A DNA stretch of 64,000 bases from Alphaproteobacteria bacterium (GTDB lineage Bacteria > Pseudomonadota > Alphaproteobacteria > Rs-D84): the NCBI GenBank assembly GCA_015062445.1, contig SUUQ01000002.1, forward strand, positions 23,051 to 87,050. Reading direction: 5' to 3'. The translations under genes were made by a program, and so were the position numbers. A model generated the notes under the pieces. It did no database searches and was not told where the DNA came from. It was given only the letters and a program-made list of their open reading frames with translations. Below, one piece after another: positions 1 to 8,340 of the stretch; the first letter of the stretch is position 1, and the number at the start of each line of letters is the position of its first letter.

Positions 1-217
1 GAACATCGTGGACGAGGTTATACACGAACCCGCAGGCGGTGCGCACACAGACTGGCAGACAACCATGGAACTGCTGGCAACATCTGTTAGCAAGCATCTT
101 CGTGAACTGATGGAAATACCTGTATCAGAACTGCCGGGGCGCCGCATGGACAAATTCTTGGCCATGACCCGTGATGTCGAGATATACCAGCCCGAACACA
201 TTGGTGAAGAACACTAA
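1..217 (+). CDS. accA: acetyl-CoA carboxylase carboxyltransferase alpha subunit, C-terminal fragment (5' end lies outside the window)
   Basis: Translation ...DEVIHEPAGGAHTDW... matches the conserved AccA C-terminus (E. coli ...IPEPLGGAHRNPEA...); the ORF is open to the window edge. Confidence 0.6.
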   Translation, partial: NIVDEVIHEPAGGAHTDWQTTMELLATSVSKHLRELMEIPVSELPGRRMDKFLAMTRDVEIYQPEHIGEEH

Positions 218-294
218 AAAATCCCCACAATGGGGATTTTCTTAATTTTATCACTTGCATTTGGAAAGCAATTTCTATATAATACCCCCAGCAC

Positions 295-383
295 GGAGCG
301 TTGGCAGAGTGGTAATGCAGCAGATTGCTAATCTGTGACCGAGCTTTTTTGGTCCATAGGTTCGAGTCCTATACGCTCCGCCA
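295..383 (+). tRNA. tRNA-Ser (anticodon GCT), type II with long variable arm
   Basis: Hand-folded cloverleaf: 7-bp acceptor GGAGCGT/ACGCTCC, 3-bp D-stem GCA/TGC, anticodon stem GCAGA/TCTGT with loop TTGCTAA, long variable arm GACC..GGTC, T-arm ATAGG-TTCGAGT-CCTAT, discriminator G, CCA encoded. Confidence 0.85.
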
Positions 384-391
384 AAAATTCA

Positions 392-416
392 ACCCGACTT
401 TTGTCGGGTTTAATTT
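392..416 (+). terminator. rho-independent terminator after tRNA-Ser
   Basis: Hairpin cccgac-tttt-gtcggg followed by a T-rich run. Confidence 0.6.
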
Positions 417-541
417 TTGTTGTGGACGTAGGACGAGAACCGTAAAAGGTTCGATACGAAGTAGATTTGGGTAACGTAGTGCCCCCAAATCGTCACGAGT
501 GGATAGGGGTATCCCCGCCCGTTATACGGGAAGGGGAGTAC

Positions 542-572
542 AGTCCTATACGCTCCGCCAAAAATTCAACCC
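542..572 (+). repeat. 31-bp direct repeat duplicating the 3' end of tRNA-Ser plus 13 bp of downstream sequence (identical to 365-395)
   Basis: agtcctatacgctccgccaaaaattcaaccc occurs identically at 365-395 and 542-572; the second copy lacks the rest of the tRNA. Confidence 0.9.
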
Positions 573-597
573 ACCGAATGGTGGGCTAATTTTTTTG
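570..597 (+). terminator. rho-independent terminator after the repeat copy
   Basis: Hairpin cccacc-gaat-ggtggg followed by a T-run. Confidence 0.55.
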
Positions 598-765
598 CTT
601 CTTGACTTACCCCGCTTTCCTGTGCAACAATAACGGCATGACAATTCGTTTTATAAACTTTTACTGTTGTCACTAAGATTTCATATTCTGCAAACTGAAA
701 CTGTTTGCATTTTAATCACGTAATTATTAAAATTTCAATCACAAATAAACCCGAAAGGACACACA

Positions 766-2190
766 ATGACAATCAGATTATATAATACACTGACACGCAA
801 ACTAGAAGAATTCAAACCACTTGAACCCGGCAAAGTTGGATTTTACTCGTGCGGACCAACGGTTTATCATTATACCCACCTGGGAAATTTACGAACATTT
901 TTGCACAACGATTTTTTAAAGCGCATGTTTTTGGCAAATGGATATGATGTACGCCACATTATGAACATCACAGACGTTGGCCACCTGACAAATGACGAAG
1001 ACGATTCTGGCGAAGACAAAATGGAAAAAGGTGCCGCCCGTGAAAACAAATCCGTATGGGATATTGCAAAATTCTACAAGGGTGAATTCCTGCGTGATTT
1101 TAACGACTTGAACATGTTACCTCCAACAGTTATGCCACATGCAACGGATTATATTGCCGAACAAATCGAACTGGTACAGAAATTGCAAGACTTGGGTTAC
1201 ACTTATGAAATCCCGGGCGATGGCATTTACTATGACACATCCAAATTTGCTGCATACGGTGCATTAACCGGCGGATCAATATCTGGCAATCGTGCGGGTG
1301 CACGTGTTGGGTTTAATGATGCAAAACGCAATCCATCTGACTTTGCACTGTGGAAGTTTTCACCAACAGATGCCAAACGTCAAATGGAATGGGATAGCCC
1401 TTGGGGCATCGGATTTCCCGGCTGGCACGCAGAATGCAGTGCAATGAGCATGAAATTACTGGGCAATCACTTTGATATCCACACTGGCGGCGAAGACCTG
1501 TCCCATGTACACCATGCCAACGAAATCGCACAAAGTGAACCAATTACTGGCGCCCCATGGGTAAACACATGGCTACACTACAGTTTCTTGCTGGATAAAT
1601 CTGGTGAAAAAATGGCAAAGTCCAAGGGCGAATTCCTGGGCATGGACGCAGTACGAACACGTGGCTATGACCCGATGGTATACCGCTACTTTGTTGCGAT
1701 GGGACACTATCAGTCCCAACTGGCATTTTCATGGGAAACAATGGATGCAACTGCCAAAAGCTATGCCAACCTGGTCCGACGTGTATCTGAACTGTTGCCA
1801 TCAGAATCAGCACCAATAAACCAAGCCATTTACACCAAATGGCACGACGAGATGGTTGCCGTGATGTCTGACAATCTAAAGACTGCGACCGTATTGGTTT
1901 TATTACAAGACTTTATAAAATCTGGTGACATCGATAATGCAACGAAGTTGGCATTGGTAAAATTCACCGATGATCTGCTGGGGTTGCAATTCATTGACCG
2001 TGCAAAAAAAATCGTTGCACTGGAACAAGAAAACGCACCTGCAGACATTGTTGCACTGGCTGAATCCCGCATCTCTGCCAAGGCAAACAAAGATTGGGCG
2101 ACGGCCGATGCCTTGCGTGCCCAAATCGATGCAGCGGGCTGGACCGTACTGGATGGCAAAGACGGCTATAAATTAGTAAAAAAATCATAA
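766..2190 (+). CDS. cysS: cysteine--tRNA ligase
   Basis: 474 aa; class I HIGH-type motif (CGPTVYHYTHLGN) and KMSKS-type motif (KMAKSKG); overall CysS architecture. Confidence 0.93.
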   Translation: MTIRLYNTLTRKLEEFKPLEPGKVGFYSCGPTVYHYTHLGNLRTFLHNDFLKRMFLANGYDVRHIMNITDVGHLTNDEDDSGEDKMEKGAARENKSVWDIAKFYKGEFLRDFNDLNMLPPTVMPHATDYIAEQIELVQKLQDLGYTYEIPGDGIYYDTSKFAAYGALTGGSISGNRAGARVGFNDAKRNPSDFALWKFSPTDAKRQMEWDSPWGIGFPGWHAECSAMSMKLLGNHFDIHTGGEDLSHVHHANEIAQSEPITGAPWVNTWLHYSFLLDKSGEKMAKSKGEFLGMDAVRTRGYDPMVYRYFVAMGHYQSQLAFSWETMDATAKSYANLVRRVSELLPSESAPINQAIYTKWHDEMVAVMSDNLKTATVLVLLQDFIKSGDIDNATKLALVKFTDDLLGLQFIDRAKKIVALEQENAPADIVALAESRISAKANKDWATADALRAQIDAAGWTVLDGKDGYKLVKKS

Positions 2191-2197
2191 AAACTTA

Positions 2198-2226
2198 CCC
2201 GGCAATGCCGGGTATAATTTTTTTTG
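2198..2226 (+). terminator. rho-independent terminator of cysS
   Basis: Hairpin cccggcaatgccggg followed by a T8 run. Confidence 0.65.
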
Positions 2227-2293
2227 AATTAATGGCTTGAATTTTTGGCATTTTATGCTATATTTACCCCCGTTAACAATAGAGGAAATTTCC

Positions 2294-2860
2294 ATGAACT
2301 ATCCATATATGCCAAAATCAACTGCACTGTGGTTAATTGAAAACACGTCATTAACATTTGAACAAATCGCAGATTTCTGTGGTCTGCACGAACTGGAAGT
2401 CAAAAATATTGCAGATGCAGAAACATACAAATTTCAACCACTCAGTCCAATTTTAAGTGGACAAATTACACGTGCCGACATTGAACGTTGCGAGGCCAAT
2501 CCATCAGAACGTTTAACATTGCGTACAGAAATCATTGAATCACAAAAGGCACAAAATAAACGTGGCATCGGTTACACACCAAAAATCCACCGCCAAAATC
2601 GCTTGTTCGGTGTATGGTGGATTGTAAAGCACTATCCAGAATTATCAGACGGTCAAATTGCACGTCTGATGCACAGTACAAACCCAACCGTTGCATCAAT
2701 TCGCAACAAAACCCATGCTTCGTATGCCGAATTGGAAAAGGGCGGCGTCAGCCCAATCGTATTGGGTCTGGTTTCTGAATCCGCAATCCTAGAAGCGGTT
2801 GCCAAGGCCGAAAAACAGGCCGCTTCGCCAAAATCAAAATCCAAGAAAAAGAAAAAATAA
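2294..2860 (+). CDS. DUF1013-family protein (TrcR-like cell-cycle transcriptional regulator of alphaproteobacteria); start chosen at the internal ATG with an AGAGGAAA ribosome-binding site
   Basis: Motif MPKSTALWLIENTSLTFEQIADFCGLHELEV is typical of the alphaproteobacterial DUF1013/TrcR family; lysine-rich C-terminal tail; the longer ORF begins at 2237. Confidence 0.65.
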   Translation: MNYPYMPKSTALWLIENTSLTFEQIADFCGLHELEVKNIADAETYKFQPLSPILSGQITRADIERCEANPSERLTLRTEIIESQKAQNKRGIGYTPKIHRQNRLFGVWWIVKHYPELSDGQIARLMHSTNPTVASIRNKTHASYAELEKGGVSPIVLGLVSESAILEAVAKAEKQAASPKSKSKKKKK

Positions 2861-2921
2861 TCCCACTGCAATCATCTAACAAACAATTGCATAACGAAAA
2901 ACATATTGAAAGGGTGTTTGA

Positions 2922-5003
2922 ATGGCAAAAAAATTGGACCAGGCAACAAAATTATTAATTGACTCGTTACCAGAAAACTTGCAAAAACTGGCAATGAACG
3001 CAGTTGAAAATGGTTACATATCCCGTATGGACTTTAATGCCGCCACCGAAGCGGACGAAGTCCCAGAATCAGAACACGACGAAGTTCTGGACTTTTTTCA
3101 GCAAGACCTCGAGGTAGAAATCCTGGAAACAGACAATTACCCCCAGGATTTAAGTCGTTATTACGACACCGATGATGACGAACCACGTGACAAGACACGC
3201 AACCTGTTGAACGCAGATGCAGAACAGGTTGACGTAAATGATGACGAATACGAACATTATGCCAAGCAGCTGGAACGCAGTCAAACCGGCTCGCTGGTAC
3301 TGGGGGTCCAAGACTCTGTTCAATCATATCTAAAGCAAATTGGTACTGTGCAATTATTAACGGCCGCCGGTGAAGTCGCCATCGCACAACGTATCGAGGC
3401 CGCATCACGTCTGATGGTATACGGTCTGTGCGAAAGCCCGATGACAATCAAGGCAATGCTGGATTGGTACCAACAACTACTGAACGAAGACATTCGCCTG
3501 CGTTACATTGTCAATCTGGAAGTTATGTATTCCAGTGAATCTGAACAAAAATCACTGGCTGCACTGTCCGAGGCCTTAAAATCCAAAGGTGTTGAACACG
3601 TTGACGAACTGGACGACGACGATTTGGACGACCTGCAGGACGTATCTGCCGCCGATGACGAGTCCGAAGAAGATGAAGATCTGGACGAAGACGGCGAAAA
3701 GAAAGAAGACGCCCCACGCAGTACATCTGGTGTTCCAATCCCAGTGATGGAAGAATCGTTAAGGCCAATGATTTTGGATTTGTTCGCTAAAATCAAACGC
3801 ATATTCAACAGCATGCAGAAATTACAAACAAAACGTTTAGACAACTTATTGGTATCAAACGAACCAGATGCTGCATTAGAAAAAAAATATACCAAGCTGC
3901 GCCTTGAACTGTTTGAACACGTCAGCAAAATCCGTCTGAACGACGACCGCATATCTGAAATTCTTGAACAGTTAACCAAACGTGACCAACTGTTGATGGG
4001 GCTTGAAGGCAAACTGTTACGTTTGGCAATGGCCTGCAAAATCAAGCGAGAATCATTCTTGTCAGAATATGTCGGCAACGAACTGAACCGCAACTGGGTA
4101 AAAAAATTGGCCAAGCACAAAGATTCCGCCTGGGTGAATTTCGCAAAGAAACACGAAGCAGACATCTTAAAAATCCAAGAAGATTTAACCGCCATTGCAA
4201 ACGAAACCGGCCAACCAACATCAGAATACAAGAAAGTCGTTGAACTAGTACGTCGTGGTCAAATCGAAGCGGCACGTGCAAAACGTGAAATGATCGAAGC
4301 TAACCTGCGTCTGGTTATTAAATTCGCAAAAAAATCCAGTAATCGTGGTCTGGGGCTGGACTTTTCCGACCTGGTCCAAGATGGCAACATTGGTCTGATG
4401 AAGGCAGTTGATAAATTTGATTATCGTTTGGGCAACAAATTTTCAACCTATGCCACCAACTGGATACAACAAGGCATTTCACGCAGCATTGCAGACCAGG
4501 CACGCACCATCCGTATACCTGTGCACATGATTGATAACATTCACAAGATCCAACGTGCAACACGTCAATTCATGCATAAATACGGTCGCCAACCAACTGC
4601 CGAAGAATTATCCAAAATAATTTATTTGCCAGTTGACAAGATTCACAAGGCAATGAAAGTCAACCTGAAACCAATCTCACTCGAAGCCCCCGTCGGCACC
4701 GAAGACGACAGTTCCAGAATTGAAATCATCGCCGATGAAACTGCCAAGAATCCATTTGCGTCAGCCGCACAAAAGAACCTGCGCGACATTGTCACACGCA
4801 TCCTGGCAGAACTGGATCCCAAGGAAGAAACTGTACTGCGTCAACGTTTTGGAATGAGCAAAAACAAACCACGTACCCTAGAAGAGGTTGGCGAATACAT
4901 TGGTGTTACCCGCGAACGCATACGCCAAATCGAACAAAAGGCACTGAATAAGTTAAAGCATCCCACACGTGCACGTAAACTGCGCAGCTTCCTAGAAGAC
5001 TAA
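2922..5003 (+). CDS. rpoD: RNA polymerase sigma-70 factor RpoD
   Basis: 693 aa with a long acidic N-terminal region; region 2 ([35 protein letters not shown]) and region 4 ([24 protein letters not shown]) are conserved. Confidence 0.95.
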   Translation: MAKKLDQATKLLIDSLPENLQKLAMNAVENGYISRMDFNAATEADEVPESEHDEVLDFFQQDLEVEILETDNYPQDLSRYYDTDDDEPRDKTRNLLNADAEQVDVNDDEYEHYAKQLERSQTGSLVLGVQDSVQSYLKQIGTVQLLTAAGEVAIAQRIEAASRLMVYGLCESPMTIKAMLDWYQQLLNEDIRLRYIVNLEVMYSSESEQKSLAALSEALKSKGVEHVDELDDDDLDDLQDVSAADDESEEDEDLDEDGEKKEDAPRSTSGVPIPVMEESLRPMILDLFAKIKRIFNSMQKLQTKRLDNLLVSNEPDAALEKKYTKLRLELFEHVSKIRLNDDRISEILEQLTKRDQLLMGLEGKLLRLAMACKIKRESFLSEYVGNELNRNWVKKLAKHKDSAWVNFAKKHEADILKIQEDLTAIANETGQPTSEYKKVVELVRRGQIEAARAKREMIEANLRLVIKFAKKSSNRGLGLDFSDLVQDGNIGLMKAVDKFDYRLGNKFSTYATNWIQQGISRSIADQARTIRIPVHMIDNIHKIQRATRQFMHKYGRQPTAEELSKIIYLPVDKIHKAMKVNLKPISLEAPVGTEDDSSRIEIIADETAKNPFASAAQKNLRDIVTRILAELDPKEETVLRQRFGMSKNKPRTLEEVGEYIGVTRERIRQIEQKALNKLKHPTRARKLRSFLED

Positions 5004-5009
5004 TCTGAC

Positions 5010-5032
5010 ACCCCCCGCAACCGCGGGGGATA
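5010..5032 (+). terminator. rpoD terminator hairpin ccccgcaaccgcgggg
   Basis: Perfect 6-bp GC stem with aacc loop directly after the rpoD stop codon. Confidence 0.6.
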
Positions 5033-5341
5033 ATAATTGAATATGCACATTAAAAATATATTTGAAAAAAATCCATAAATCTGCTATGATAGTAGACGTC
5101 AATGGGTGTTCCATTGTCGGGGTGTGAAGACCCCTTACAGGCGGCGGAATATACACCTGATGACGCAGCCAATGCGTTTTTTTATTATGTTCCGTTGATA
5201 ACAACTCCTGACCCCGGTCAGGAGGGTTGTGAATATATTGAATAAGCACACAATTCCTGTAATTGTCTTCAACCTCCTGGCCACCGTTAATTTGGTGGTT
5301 CTTTTTATACCTGAAACACAAAAAAAGGGGGTGCAAACCAA

Positions 5342-6295
5342 ATGCGTTATTTGATACTGATTATTATATTCTGTTGCACATATGCGGATACTGCCACACT
5401 GCACGTTGACGACAAAACATTTTCCCTGCAACCCGCCAAATATACCGCCCCTTCGTTGCACGTATTGCTTAACAACGCACTTTGGCATGGTCTGCTAACC
5501 GAATGGCCAATAAATAACACACTGCATGTAAATTATAACAATCGCACATATAATTTATTTGAATGCGAAACAGTATTCCAGGACACCACCAACTATACAT
5601 TCGATTCAAACGGCTGGATAACAGGTGTCCCGGGCTATGTATACATCAAAAATACGGGTACCCAGTATATCAACACCGAACACATTCCTACATTGACCAC
5701 ACGAACCGAAATCGCCCTGCGATTTGATGACAATGAAGACATGGGACTTGATAATGCCGAACACATATTTGGCTGTGTAAACCTGCAATCCAACCCATGG
5801 TCGACATACGGACTTAATTTTGGTATTGCTGACACACGACGATATACACTATATCCATGGCTGTGCCAATACGCAAAAGAAGGTGGCCTGGAGTATTGTT
5901 CTGTGTCATACATAATCATTACCCCAGAACAAAAAACAACACATCAAACAGTTGTTTTGGATGCAAAAAATTCCGTTTTCAGGTATGGCGATACTGTCCG
6001 CTCTATATCCCCCCGCACAACAACAGAAAATTTACCTATGTATGTATTTGCAAAAAATGTTTTAGACCCAGATGCAGCAACCACACATCCGGCAATATAT
6101 TCCAAAACTGGCAGCATGTATGTCTATGCCGTCCGCATTTACGAGGATGATAAACTGGTAAAATACTTAGTTCCGGTTCCACGTTGCATGCGTATTGGCG
6201 ACACTGTTGCCCCGGAAAATGGTTTATGGGATTTAATTGAACGTAAATTCTATGGCCCCATGGGAACAGGAAAATTTATCTGGGGATACGATTAA
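5342..6295 (+). CDS. hypothetical Sec-secreted protein (317 aa), no recognisable family
   Basis: Signal-peptide-like N-terminus MRYLILIIIFCCTYA; long ORF with a GGGGG ribosome-binding site; no conserved motif recognised. Confidence 0.6.
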   Translation: MRYLILIIIFCCTYADTATLHVDDKTFSLQPAKYTAPSLHVLLNNALWHGLLTEWPINNTLHVNYNNRTYNLFECETVFQDTTNYTFDSNGWITGVPGYVYIKNTGTQYINTEHIPTLTTRTEIALRFDDNEDMGLDNAEHIFGCVNLQSNPWSTYGLNFGIADTRRYTLYPWLCQYAKEGGLEYCSVSYIIITPEQKTTHQTVVLDAKNSVFRYGDTVRSISPRTTTENLPMYVFAKNVLDPDAATTHPAIYSKTGSMYVYAVRIYEDDKLVKYLVPVPRCMRIGDTVAPENGLWDLIERKFYGPMGTGKFIWGYD

Positions 6296-6301
6296 AAAAT
6301 C

Positions 6302-6325
6302 CCCGCAACCGCGGGGTGTTTTTAT
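6302..6325. terminator. bidirectional terminator hairpin ccccgcaaccgcgggg (same stem-loop as at 5012-5030)
   Basis: Same 16-nt stem-loop with a T-run on the plus strand and an A-run on the other side; lies between convergent genes. Confidence 0.6.
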
Positions 6326-8247
6326 ATATGACTTTTCAATGCAATATAAATCTGTCCGGGCTCTGTCTTGACCAAGGTTGCCGCAACCTTATCTGAATTA
6401 TCGGTCTGCTGTGCCATTGCCAAGATTTTATCAAAACTGCGCACGAATTGCGTTGCCTGCGACCGGAACACCGCATCATTTTTCATCATTTCCTTTACTC
6501 GTTTTTTGTCGGCCGCTCGCAACATTTTCGCCAACCATTTTGAAAAGATTGTCTTGTCCCCGCCATGATATTTTTTCCAAACAACATCTGGTATCTCTGC
6601 CCCTGCGGCACGTGTCAAATCCATTGCCTGTTCATGCAGTTTCTCGAACATCTTTTCACTTTGCGCCAAGAAGTCTTGACTGCTGATATGTCCAAACGAC
6701 TCTGCTGGTCCCGACTTAATTGCATCCATTGGTGCCGATGCCCGTGCCACCATCATTTGCTTATTCAACGTCTGCATCGTGTTCACCGCCTTTGCATAGT
6801 CTGACATTAAATCAATCATTTGCTGGCGGGACACACCTGCCAAATCCTCTAACTTAATCGCAGAATCAGAAATCGCACCTGTTGATTCAGCGACCGTTTC
6901 CTTCATCTGCATCAATTTTTCATGCAAACTGTTAACAATATTTTCCAGTGTCGCACTGGCTTCAACACTACCACGTGACAAATCGGGCAGGGCCGCATAG
7001 TATTTTTCAATCAATGCAGACAACGGCTGCAATTGCGCAGTTGTTTCATTTGACATTTTAATAAGATTCTCGGACTGACCGGACAGTTGCGTATGCGCCG
7101 TATTCATTTCCATTAACGTTTCACGTACACTGCCTGCCATTGTCTTAACCGATTCCGAGAACGCATTGGCTGCAGTCTTGGTATTTTCCAACGTATGATT
7201 AGCAACCCCTGACACCGTCTGCAATTCCGACACCACACCGGTCGCAAACTCTTTAACCTCTTTATTAAACCTGTTTGTTAACGTCACCATTTCACTTGAA
7301 ATATTTCTTACTTGCTCCTCTGTCGTGGCCGCTGTTCCCATCAGTGTTTTTGCCACACGGGTTAAATTTTCAGCTTGGGTCGCAATTGACGATTCCGACA
7401 GTCTCAACTGCACCCCAACCGCATTCGCAGTTGTCGTCAGCGAATTCATCTGTCCCGTCAACTGTTTTTGTGACACACGACCAAACGTCTTCAGTTTTTC
7501 CAAATATTCGCCCAGCAATCTATCATTACGTATCATTGTGTCTTCATAGTTTGCCGACGATTTTTTCACTTCATCAAACCCATTCGCAGTCGACTGTGCC
7601 AGCTCGCTCAGCTTTTGTCTTGTCGCATCCGATTCTGCTGCAATACTTCTCATCTGTTCAGCATTGTTACTAAATTCATGCTGCATAATTTCTGACAAAT
7701 TTTTACCGTTTTCAATCCATGCTTCTATCTGAGTTTGTATTTGCGCCGACCGTTCTGTCGCATCCTGAGAAGTTACATCAATCCTTGCCATTAACTCATT
7801 AACTGTATTTGAAAAATTTTCCGTCGCAACCGCCACATCCTGCCACGATTGCGACCGCACAACATCTCCCAAACCTGCAACGGTATTATCCAACCGCCCA
7901 GACATATTTGCAATTTTATGCACCGCTTCTTCAGCCAGACCAACCAACTGCTCGTTCTGCACCCCCAACGCATCTTTCAATTCGTTTGCGGACACAATTT
8001 GTGCATTCAGTGTATCACGCATTGTCTGAAAACTGCGTTCTATTTTACCAATTTCATCTGCCAAAATCGTATTCAGCACACGTGTTGCATCTGCTATTTT
8101 GGCACGTTCTGGCCGCGTCATAATCGTCAGCACAGACTCCATAACTCGCTGCGACTTTCTGGACACCCAAAACAACACCCCCAGCATCACCAACACCAAA
8201 CCACCACATACACCAGTGGCAACAATTAAAAACTGTGTAATATCCAT
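6322..8247 (-). CDS. membrane-anchored coiled-coil protein (641 aa), function unknown
   Basis: N-terminal transmembrane helix (IVATGVCGGLVLVMLGVLFWV) followed by roughly 550 aa of heptad-like Q/E/A/L-rich sequence; no enzymatic motifs. Confidence 0.7.
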   Translation of the reverse strand: MDITQFLIVATGVCGGLVLVMLGVLFWVSRKSQRVMESVLTIMTRPERAKIADATRVLNTILADEIGKIERSFQTMRDTLNAQIVSANELKDALGVQNEQLVGLAEEAVHKIANMSGRLDNTVAGLGDVVRSQSWQDVAVATENFSNTVNELMARIDVTSQDATERSAQIQTQIEAWIENGKNLSEIMQHEFSNNAEQMRSIAAESDATRQKLSELAQSTANGFDEVKKSSANYEDTMIRNDRLLGEYLEKLKTFGRVSQKQLTGQMNSLTTTANAVGVQLRLSESSIATQAENLTRVAKTLMGTAATTEEQVRNISSEMVTLTNRFNKEVKEFATGVVSELQTVSGVANHTLENTKTAANAFSESVKTMAGSVRETLMEMNTAHTQLSGQSENLIKMSNETTAQLQPLSALIEKYYAALPDLSRGSVEASATLENIVNSLHEKLMQMKETVAESTGAISDSAIKLEDLAGVSRQQMIDLMSDYAKAVNTMQTLNKQMMVARASAPMDAIKSGPAESFGHISSQDFLAQSEKMFEKLHEQAMDLTRAAGAEIPDVVWKKYHGGDKTIFSKWLAKMLRAADKKRVKEMMKNDAVFRSQATQFVRSFDKILAMAQQTDNSDKVAATLVKTEPGQIYIALKSHI

Positions 8248-8340
8248 TTGTTTTTCTCCCCTTGGCCGACAAAGGCCGTTATAAAACTTGCAGTTATATT
8301 AATTTTATACTAAAATCCTATTAACAATGCAAGGGCAGAA

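Noticed and set aside
295-572. Possibility that the tRNA-like sequence plus its partial second copy is a permuted two-piece tmRNA (ssrA)
   Set aside because: The acceptor stem has A3:T70, not the G3:U70 Ala identity pair required for tmRNA. The second copy lacks a T-arm partner (no atagg upstream of cctat). No tag-peptide reading frame ending in ...AA is evident.
3503-4231. 242-aa antisense ORF inside rpoD and other long antisense ORFs (e.g. 8976-9578 inside addA, 12002-12736 inside recN, 9684-10124)
   Set aside because: They lie opposite well-supported conserved genes and have low-complexity Ser/Arg-rich translations. They arise from the absence of stop codons opposite the acidic and repeat-rich sense frames.
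5036-5341. A specific known small RNA (SRP RNA, 6S, or a riboswitch) in the rpoD downstream leader
   Set aside because: Hairpins are visible, but I could not match the conserved SRP domain IV (GGAAGGAAGCAGC-like) or any riboswitch consensus by eye. Retained only as an unclassified structured leader within a finding.
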